64,000 nucleotides of DNA from Elusimicrobiota bacterium (GTDB taxonomy: Bacteria > Elusimicrobiota > Elusimicrobia > UBA1565), in assembly GCA_043827405.1 (NCBI GenBank), contig JBDRPD010000050.1, positions 96,001 through 160,000 on the forward strand, written 5' to 3'. Position 1 is the stretch's first letter. Each line of letters starts with the position of its first letter. The notes under the pieces are model-generated. The model did no database searches and was not told the origin of the DNA. It saw only the letters and a program-made list of their open reading frames with translations. Below, in pieces: positions 57,246-64,000 of this stretch. Position numbers and translations under genes: made by a program.

Positions 57246-58548
57246 GCGATTCTCGACACCCCTCGACTTTGGTATTCCCTCCGTTTCTCGATCGACCGTT
57301 GGTCCCCGGTGTGTTCGTTGGCCACTGATGCTGGCTGGACCCGTTGTGCTGGGCCATGATCTTGTCGGCACCCTTCTTAACGAGGACCGCCAGCACCTCT
57401 TGGTCCGCCGGGTCCAGGGCCTCCTTCAGTTCCCGCATCAATTGGGTGGCCGCCTCTTTCCGGAGAGCCTGTTCGTCCTTCGGCCCGGAGGGGAGCCCCG
57501 CCTCCAACTTCCTTGTCCAGGCGGTGGTCTTCACAACTGCTTTCATCGCGTCTGCATCGCCACTCCAGGTACGTTTCGGGTTAAGGGCGACGACCAGTGC
57601 ATAAACCTTCAGCGCCGCCCGCTGGAGCACATATAGATCGGATGTTGAATCGATCTCTGCCGCCCTTTGCCGAAAGACCTCCATGGCCGCCTTAATCTCC
57701 TCATTCTGAAGGGGACCATGTGCTTCCATGGGCATAGGCCCTGCCGTGCCTTGCCCGCCTTCGCCCCCATATCGCCGCTGGATGGCGTCCCTGGCGATCT
57801 CCTCAACGGTCTTTCCCGTCGCCTCGGCCTGGCGCACCATGGAAGCCGCGCCGGGCTCCAGGTTCCGGATCACGTTCCTATCTGTGAGCCCCAGCGATTC
57901 CCTCCAGCGTCGAATCTGCCGCGTTGTCACCCCGTACAGAGCGGCGATGTCCCCCACGGTTAGGTCCAGGTTACTCCACAGGGCACGGAACTCCGCGATC
58001 TCCTGATCAGTATGGGGATTCTTGGCATGGCCGGGGCGGAACTTGGGGTTGGGGCGACGTGGCAATTCCTCATTGTCGTTCTGCGACAATGAGGTTTGTG
58101 GGGGTCGGGCGGGGATGGATGCACTACCCGAGCCGAAGCGTGGTCCGTCCGCCGGGCCCGCAGGAGGAAAAGCGGCACGATTTGTGGCGCGACACACTTC
58201 TGGGGTGTCCCTGCCTCGGGCTACGGGGCCTTCCAGACCGTCCGCCCCCCCGGCCCCGTCCGCCAGGTTCGTCAGCCCACCGGACGGGCATTCTGACGTT
58301 CCAGACAGGCCATTCTGGGAAGCTGACGGAACTGAGAATTGCGGCCCGAACCCATGCGCCCGCCCATCCGCGCCGCCAGCATCGGACACTCCCGGGGGCT
58401 GACTTTCCGGTCTGTCCGGCCCCCCCCTGCCAGGACCGACTACTCCCGCCTTATCTGGAATGCCGAGACCAGGAAATGTTCCGTTGGTGCCGCCAGGTCG
58501 TCCCAGCACGAGAGCACTCGGGTTGAGAAGTATTTTCGATTCGTCCAT
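57226..58548 (-). CDS. HTH-containing hypothetical protein, possibly terminase-small-subunit-like; start uncertain
   Basis: Gly/Pro low-complexity N-terminus; LTVGDIAALYGVTTRQIRRWR HTH; helical C-terminus. Confidence 0.55.
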   Translation of the reverse strand: MDESKILLNPSALVLGRPGGTNGTFPGLGIPDKAGVVGPGRGGPDRPESQPPGVSDAGGADGRAHGFGPQFSVPSASQNGLSGTSECPSGGLTNLADGAGGADGLEGPVARGRDTPEVCRATNRAAFPPAGPADGPRFGSGSASIPARPPQTSLSQNDNEELPRRPNPKFRPGHAKNPHTDQEIAEFRALWSNLDLTVGDIAALYGVTTRQIRRWRESLGLTDRNVIRNLEPGAASMVRQAEATGKTVEEIARDAIQRRYGGEGGQGTAGPMPMEAHGPLQNEEIKAAMEVFRQRAAEIDSTSDLYVLQRAALKVYALVVALNPKRTWSGDADAMKAVVKTTAWTRKLEAGLPSGPKDEQALRKEAATQLMRELKEALDPADQEVLAVLVKKGADKIMAQHNGSSQHQWPTNTPGTNGRSRNGGNTKVEGCRESPKQDSR

Positions 58549-58683
58549 AAAAAAAGCCCCCTTCGGGGTCGCCCCCCGTTAGTTGGCTTGTGCATTAGCG
58601 CCAGCCGAATGTTTGTCCGTCGCTCCCGGGTGATCCGGGCTAAGACTATTATACCCCGAGAGCAGGCCGATCCGCCAGGCTCG

Positions 58684-59214
58684 TCATCTCCTGGAAGTTC
58701 GCCTTCCTCGTCTCATCACCTTTTGACGCGCCAGCTTCTTCTTGGCCGCCGGGGCCCGGTGACATCCGTTCGACCTGTTCAGGACCTCCAACCTCTCCCT
58801 TGCCTCGCGCTTTCCCAGCCTGCGGATCGCAACGAGCGCGGCCTTCGCGGTCTCCCGTGGCTTAGTCTTGCCGCCCTCCCAAGCTAGGACCGCCTGACCG
58901 CTTACCTGAATAAGCTTCCCGAAGTTCTCGCGGGAGAGGCTGAGCCGCTTTCGCTGGGATCGAATCAGACGCGGGCTGATTCTCGCGTGCTTCATCTCGG
59001 TCTCGGATGCCTTGGGCGCCGTCCGGAGCTTTTCATTTAGATCAGCCATGAGGCGGGCGTTGTCGTGCTTGAGCAAGACGATTTGACGCCGATGCTGGAC
59101 AGCCTCACGCTTCAAGCGGGCCACGTCCTTGCGGATTGCGGTGATCTCGGGGCGCGTTGATCGGCGGGCGAGGCGGGTGATCTCGGCCTTGAGGATCGTG
59201 TTCAGGTTGGGCAT
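58684..59214 (-). CDS. XRE-like HTH protein with N-terminal coiled coil
   Basis: MPNL..ILKAEITRLARR; IRSQRKRLSLSRENFGKLIQVSGQAV.AWEGGKTKP. Confidence 0.8.
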   Translation of the reverse strand: MPNLNTILKAEITRLARRSTRPEITAIRKDVARLKREAVQHRRQIVLLKHDNARLMADLNEKLRTAPKASETEMKHARISPRLIRSQRKRLSLSRENFGKLIQVSGQAVLAWEGGKTKPRETAKAALVAIRRLGKREARERLEVLNRSNGCHRAPAAKKKLARQKVMRRGRRTSRR

Positions 59215-59287
59215 GGCTTCCTCCAGAGGGATGTGCGTGAGAAGATTCTATGATTTACGTCGGGTTCATGTTGTTGATTGAGAGTCG

Positions 59288-59335
59288 ATCCGAGAGCGCA
59301 TCCACGCGGGGCTCCAGCGGGCGCGGGCGCAGGGA
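59288..59335 (+). pseudogene. Remnant of a serine recombinase gene
   Basis: Encodes IRERIHAGLQRARAQG versus IRERIHSGLRRARAQG at 55690-55737. Confidence 0.7.
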
Positions 59336-59514
59336 AATCCGCTTTTGAAGGTGTCGCAGAAAGAACTGATTTTGAGACAGGGCGGGGGGCGAAACTCCAC
59401 GCTTCGGGTATGTGTGCAGTCACGTCCGCTGGCCTCCCAAGTGGCGTAGGTGCTGAATTTTGCCGACAAGGATCGACGGCGGTGGGGACCCTGTGCCAAA
59501 CCACCTCGGGTGGC

Positions 59515-59569
59515 TTGACGACCTCGCCTGAGCGGTGTATACTATATTTGTGTTAACCCCTGCCGTTAA
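59515..59569 (+). promoter_or_regulatory. Sigma70 promoter and palindromic operator of the TA operon
   Basis: TTGACG (59515) - 17 nt - TATACT (59538); TTAAC-N7-GTTAA at 59553-59569. Confidence 0.65.
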
Positions 59570-59593
59570 TTCTTTTAGCGGCCCCCCGCAACA

Positions 59594-59929
59594 ATGCAAA
59601 TTAGCTTCGATCGCAAAAAGGATGAGAAGGTCTGCAATTCCGAGAAGGCTATCCGCAAGAAATTCGGAAAGCGACAGGGAGACCTTCTGAAGCGGCGACT
59701 AACGGACTTGTCGGCCGCGACTGTGCTTGAGGATATGCGGAATCTCCCTGGTCGAACCAAGGAGCTTACCGCGAATCGGAAGGGAGAGCTATCTGTTGAT
59801 CTGGTGCACCCAGACAGGTTGATCTTTGAGCCTGCGAATAGCCCGATCCCTCGCCGTGATGATGGAGGTCTTGATTGGACCCGTGTCACGGCAATTCGGA
59901 TTCTTGAACTGGATATAGACTATCACTAA
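59594..59929 (+). CDS. higB: HigB/RelE-like toxin (killer protein family)
   Basis: RRL.DL.AA..LEDM..LPG..KEL..NRKGELSVDL.HP.RLIFEP..IDYH; toxin-first order. Confidence 0.8.
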   Translation: MQISFDRKKDEKVCNSEKAIRKKFGKRQGDLLKRRLTDLSAATVLEDMRNLPGRTKELTANRKGELSVDLVHPDRLIFEPANSPIPRRDDGGLDWTRVTAIRILELDIDYH

Positions 59930-59932
59930 CCC

Positions 59933-61012
59933 ATGACCACGAATACATTCAACCCCGACTATTGCGTGCATCCCGGAGCGACTCTGGACGAAGTGCTCGC
60001 CGAGAGAGATATTTCTCAGGCAGAATTTGCAGATCGCACTGGGCGTCCCAGAAAGTCGATAAATGAGATCATCAAAGGAAAAGCGGCTATCACACCAGAG
60101 ACAGCCCTTCAATTCGAGAAGGTCCTCGGGATTCCAGCACGTTTCTGGAATGCTCGTGAAAGCCAGTACAGGGAGTTCCTTGCGCGTAAGGATTCTGACT
60201 CCAAGTCGGTCCAGCAGATTCGGTGGGCCAAGCAATTCCCTTTTAGGGACATGATTAAGGATAGTTTGGTCCCAGCGCTTGCAGAAGCTCATCGGCAGGT
60301 TGATGCCTTGCTGGAGTACTTTGGAGTCGTGTCTCCCGAGCAGTTCGAGGTTATCTGGGGAAAGAAGCAACACGCTTATCGCAAGTCTCAGGCTTTTGAA
60401 GTTGATCACTTTTCACTTGCCGCGTGGCTCAGGAAGGGAGAGTTGGTCGCTCAGCAGATCGAATGCGCTGACTACGACCCTGATGCCTTTCACCGGGCAC
60501 TGGTGGAAGCCAGAACCCTAACGATCAAGCCGCCTGAAGTCTTTTGCCGGAAGCTCGTAGATGTTTGTCGAGCCGCAGGTGTCGCCGTCGTGTTCGCAAA
60601 AGAGTTGCCTAGAACTCGTGTGAGCGGGGCGACTCATTGGCTATCACCCAAGAAGGCTTTGCTCCAACTTAGCCTTCGCTACAAGACCGATGATCATCTC
60701 TGGTTTACCTTCTTCCACGAAGCGGGGCATATCTTGCTTCATGGGAAGAAGCAGTGCTTTCTCGAAAAGCGTGGACGCGGGACCGGGAAGCTGGAGGCGG
60801 AAGCGAATCGTTTTGGAGGGGATTTTCTTATCCCCCCCGACGAATTGAAGCGGTTCCTATCGGCGGGGGTAGTTAGTGGGGCTCGCGTGGTTGGGTTTGC
60901 AAGACGGATCGGGATTGCGCCCGGAATCGTTGTCGGCAGACTACAGCATGACAAGGTTATTCATCCCAGCCAGCTAAATACCCTAAAAGTCCGACTTAAG
61001 TGGGCGGATTAA
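59933..61012 (+). CDS. higA: HigA-type antitoxin fused to an ImmA/IrrE metallopeptidase
   Basis: VHPG..L.E.L..R.ISQAEFA.R.G, ITPETAL; WFTFFHEAGHILLH, EAEANRF. Confidence 0.88.
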   Translation: MTTNTFNPDYCVHPGATLDEVLAERDISQAEFADRTGRPRKSINEIIKGKAAITPETALQFEKVLGIPARFWNARESQYREFLARKDSDSKSVQQIRWAKQFPFRDMIKDSLVPALAEAHRQVDALLEYFGVVSPEQFEVIWGKKQHAYRKSQAFEVDHFSLAAWLRKGELVAQQIECADYDPDAFHRALVEARTLTIKPPEVFCRKLVDVCRAAGVAVVFAKELPRTRVSGATHWLSPKKALLQLSLRYKTDDHLWFTFFHEAGHILLHGKKQCFLEKRGRGTGKLEAEANRFGGDFLIPPDELKRFLSAGVVSGARVVGFARRIGIAPGIVVGRLQHDKVIHPSQLNTLKVRLKWAD

Positions 61013-61121
61013 GTGTCTGACGAGGAGCCGTCTGACCAATTACCTGCGACACAGTCCTTTGGACGCCAAGTCGGAGTTGGCACCATTCTAAGGGTAACTA
61101 GTGCGCCCCAGGTTTTACATT

Positions 61122-62150
61122 ATGTTCGATGAACTTCAGCGACGCATAAAGAAGCTCGATCAAGAGAAGATTGCCATCCCGGTTGAACTGGATGCAGAGG
61201 GCTTTCTTGATCGAGAGTGCCCCTCAGATCGCTGTCGCTTTCAATTTAAGGTGCTGAATGAGGACTGGAAGAATATCTGCAAGGATGAGGCCATCTATTG
61301 TCCTCTTTGTGGTCATGCCGATCCTTCAAATGCCTGGATGACCCAACAACAATTGGACAATGTTCGGAGTCAGGGGACAGCCTACATTTCAGGCGTCATT
61401 GGAGATGCACTCAAGACTGACGCGAAGAAGTTTAATAGACGCCAGCCCAAGGGTGGTTTCTTTCGGATGTCACTTCATGCAAAGGGATTTCACACAGGAC
61501 ATATTATTGTTCCCGTCCCTGCTGGCGAGACGTTTGTTTTAAAGATCGCTTGTGAAAAATGCACTTGTCGCTTCGGGGTGGTCGGGAGTGCGTTTTTCTG
61601 TCCAGCTTGTGGGTACACGTCGGTTGAGCGCCTTTTTGATGACGCAATCGGCAAGGTGTACACGAAGCTCGATGCCATCCCGCGCATTCGAGAGATGTTG
61701 GAGCAAGATGTGGGTCGTGATCAAGCCGAGGTGACTTGTCGTTCTATTATTGAATCCTGCCTGTCCGATTGTGTCGGAGCGTTCCAGAGGCTCGCCGAGA
61801 CCATTTTCGATCGACGTGACAGTGCGGAGAAGCCTCGACGAAATGCCTTTCAGAACCTCACCGAGGGCAGTAACTTATGGAAGGCGGAATTTGGATGCGG
61901 CTACGATCGGTGGCTAACATCCGATGATTTGGCGGAACTCAATCGATTCTTTCAACAACGGCACCTGCTGGCTCATCGAGAGGGGTTGGTCGATGAGGAC
62001 TATGTTGCGAAGTCTGGAGATGATTCCTATACAGCCGGACAGCGGTTGGTTATTAAGGCCGCCGATGTGAGACGCTTGGCAGAACTGGTTGCAAAGCTCG
62101 GGAATGGTCTGAAAACCTCGCCTGATCAGTCCGCTACCGAGGAGACTTAG
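61122..62150 (+). CDS. Zinc-finger + HEPN-like protein
   Basis: CPS..C, CPLCG, CEKC, CPACG; C-terminal QQRHLLAHREG (R-x4-H). Confidence 0.72.
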   Translation: MFDELQRRIKKLDQEKIAIPVELDAEGFLDRECPSDRCRFQFKVLNEDWKNICKDEAIYCPLCGHADPSNAWMTQQQLDNVRSQGTAYISGVIGDALKTDAKKFNRRQPKGGFFRMSLHAKGFHTGHIIVPVPAGETFVLKIACEKCTCRFGVVGSAFFCPACGYTSVERLFDDAIGKVYTKLDAIPRIREMLEQDVGRDQAEVTCRSIIESCLSDCVGAFQRLAETIFDRRDSAEKPRRNAFQNLTEGSNLWKAEFGCGYDRWLTSDDLAELNRFFQQRHLLAHREGLVDEDYVAKSGDDSYTAGQRLVIKAADVRRLAELVAKLGNGLKTSPDQSATEET

Positions 62151-62333
62151 CCGCCACCCGCTTCCCTTCAATTCGGTCCGCTCCTTTTTGTTTGCACCAA
62201 TCTAGCCAGCACCTGCTGATCTGCCGGGTCCAGTGCATCATGGCCTGGATCGGGCAATGATGATTGTTAAGGCCAAAACAGCCCATCCCTGTCACCCCGG
62301 ACAAAGGGGGATGGACGGTCATCAGCGCGTGGG

Positions 62334-63026
62334 TTACGGTGCCTTTGGGTGACTCAGAACAAACCCCGCCTCGGCTACATAACGGTTGTGGAGCCACGCG
62401 AACAGGTCGAGAAGGGGCGGAGTGTGGCGGAGACACTTCCAGGACATTTGGTGGCCGATAGCCCACTTGTTGCCCCCATGGAGGCATTTATTCCGGGCGG
62501 TGTTGGCCTTCAAGTAGAAGTCCAGAGCCTCCTGGATTGTTGGGTTGGGCTTCCGATCCACTTCGGCACCCGCCTCCGCAATGGCGTCCTTCCATGTCTT
62601 GCCCGCCAGGGCCGGAAACAGCTTTTCCACGCGCCGCCGGGGGAATAGGTTGTCCTTGAGGAGGCGTTCCTGAACGTTAGCCTTGAGGCCCTCCTTGAAC
62701 ATGAACTCACGGAGGAAGTCTTCAAGGAGCACCTCTAAAAGAGTACAGAAGAAGATGACGACCGCTAGGTGATGCCCCTTGACCGCCAAGTGGTCGTCGG
62801 TCTGGGACGAATCGGCATGATAGAACTCCTGGATGAGGTTGATCGTGCTGAGGATGCCGACATGGAAGAACATGCGCCCGCCGTCACTGGGCTTTTTGCA
62901 GTTCGGGCAGGGGAACCCGATCAGCGTCCAGTCTCCCTCGCGGCCAACATAACCACATGATTGGCACTCGTTGTGGCCAGCGATGACGGAGCTTAAGTGC
63001 TGGCCCTTTATCTTCGTGATGTCCAT
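62334..63026 (-). CDS. Zinc-ribbon + HEPN-like protein
   Basis: CQSC..CPNC; AVVIFFCTLLEVLLE helix; ARNKCLHG (R-x4-H). Confidence 0.7.
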   Translation of the reverse strand: MDITKIKGQHLSSVIAGHNECQSCGYVGREGDWTLIGFPCPNCKKPSDGGRMFFHVGILSTINLIQEFYHADSSQTDDHLAVKGHHLAVVIFFCTLLEVLLEDFLREFMFKEGLKANVQERLLKDNLFPRRRVEKLFPALAGKTWKDAIAEAGAEVDRKPNPTIQEALDFYLKANTARNKCLHGGNKWAIGHQMSWKCLRHTPPLLDLFAWLHNRYVAEAGFVLSHPKAP

Positions 63027-63028
63027 CG

Positions 63029-63757
63029 CTATGCCCGATCAAGCGCTGAGGACATCTCCAGGAGTCGCATCAAGAGACTCGCTAGGCAAAGGTATTCGAC
63101 CGCCTTGGCCGGGTCCTTCTGGACAATGTTCTCATGAGCTTTTCGGTTTCTAATGCCCACAATCCCCTTGAATAAGAAATAGATACCTCGATGCTCATTG
63201 ATTTCTTCTCCCGTGTCGAGGGGATTAAATCTAATGGGGGGAGTCCTTTTGTCGCAACCCATCGCATGATCAATCATGCTGGCCCCGCCGTCGCGGAGCG
63301 GCTCCCCCTTCGTCTCCAGAATGGCTTTGACTTCCGCGATCACGCGCTTGAGCGCCTCCTCAATCGCCTGGGCATAATGTCCATCCAGGAGTAGGTTCCC
63401 CGAGACCGCATCGATGGCGGGGTGGAGCGAATACCCCTGGAGTGGATTCGGGTTGATTAGGCCACTCGTAGCGGGTTCCGCTGACTCGTGTTCTTCAATA
63501 ATGGCCGCCAGCGCCGTCCGCTTGGATTCAAGCTCTTTGAGAAAGAGTCGGTAATGCTCCGCATCGGTGCGCGCCCATTGCCCAGGTCCTGAGCCCTGGA
63601 ATACAGAAACAACACTGCCGTCGAATGTCCCGATGAGGAGCTTGGTGACAGTTGACAACCAGAGCATATATTCAGGATGAAAGGCCGGAGGGTGCTTCAG
63701 CTTCTCAACCCCAGCGAGCTTTGTCTTCAGTAGCCTGATGCACTCATTGATTTCCAT
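63029..63757 (-). CDS. TIGR02391 (Ymh-type HEPN) family protein
   Basis: LHPAI..S..L..DGHY.QAI.EA.K, E..G..FLFKG..GIRNRKAH, A.EYL.LASLL. Confidence 0.85.
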   Translation of the reverse strand: MEINECIRLLKTKLAGVEKLKHPPAFHPEYMLWLSTVTKLLIGTFDGSVVSVFQGSGPGQWARTDAEHYRLFLKELESKRTALAAIIEEHESAEPATSGLINPNPLQGYSLHPAIDAVSGNLLLDGHYAQAIEEALKRVIAEVKAILETKGEPLRDGGASMIDHAMGCDKRTPPIRFNPLDTGEEINEHRGIYFLFKGIVGIRNRKAHENIVQKDPAKAVEYLCLASLLMRLLEMSSALDRA

Positions 63758-63771
63758 AATGCCTCTTGCCC

Positions 63772-64000
63772 TTACTGGATGTCTTTAATCCGACGCCAGT
63801 GGAAACCCCGCGCCTCGACGAACCTCTCGATCAGGTTGTAGATGGCCATGTTCACCACTCGGGTGAGGTCGGAGAGCTTGTCGGCGATCTCCTCCTTGGT
63901 GCCCAGTTCGGTCAGGGTCTCGAAGCACCCCTGGACAGCGGCATCGGCGAAGAAGAACCGCGTGTCCTGCATCGCCTTGCCCCTCGAAATAAATGCATCG
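63772..64000 (-). CDS. Hypothetical protein, C-terminal part (frame open to window edge)
   Basis: No stop between 63999 and 63775 in this frame; co-oriented with the TIGR02391 gene. Confidence 0.55.
   Translation of the reverse strand, partial: DAFISRGKAMQDTRFFFADAAVQGCFETLTELGTKEEIADKLSDLTRVVNMAIYNLIERFVEARGFHWRRIKDIQ

Larger units (their letters stand above)
36874..64000. mobile_element. Integrative element/genomic island at tRNA-Val, extending beyond the window
   Basis: att fragment, adjacent tyrosine integrase, Xis/Arc, prim-pol-helicase, R-M, TA and HEPN cargo, shifted codon usage. Confidence 0.85.

Noticed and set aside
36874..64000. Calling the island a complete prophage or ICE
   Set aside because: No capsid, portal, large terminase, tail, relaxase or T4SS genes recognised in the window

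Overview
Bacterial, high-GC chromosomal DNA in two parts. (1) About 1-33,950 is core/housekeeping: a 5'-truncated four-domain phospholipase D-family protein; two TPR + membrane Ser/Thr kinase modules; pcp; RNase P RNA (rnpB) next to RNase HI and a zinc-ribbon gene; a maltodextrin locus (two exported GH13 enzymes, malEFGK, an OPA-family MFS transporter); an aminotransferase, glnA, hemolysin III, arfB and several exported hypotheticals. The gene style resembles Elusimicrobiota, which is an impression and not verified. (2) From about 34,000 to the end is a tRNA-Val(CAC) integration hotspot. A small decayed islet (34,002-36,921) lies between two 3' tRNA-Val fragments. It is followed by a large integrative element running off the window. 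That element carries a tyrosine integrase, Arc and Xis/AlpA regulators, small zinc-finger ORFs, an unusual prim-pol/Cys-cluster/DinG-XPD-like helicase fusion, a type III R-M system, membrane/lipoprotein cargo, a duplicated micro-ORF, and a serine resolvase plus a remnant copy with matching palindromic sites around a degenerate DnaB and a pseudo-receiver. Its right end is a HigB/HigA-IrrE TA pair beside three HEPN-like (R-x4-H) genes, a candidate defence cluster. All calls come from motif reading by eye; no database searches were run.
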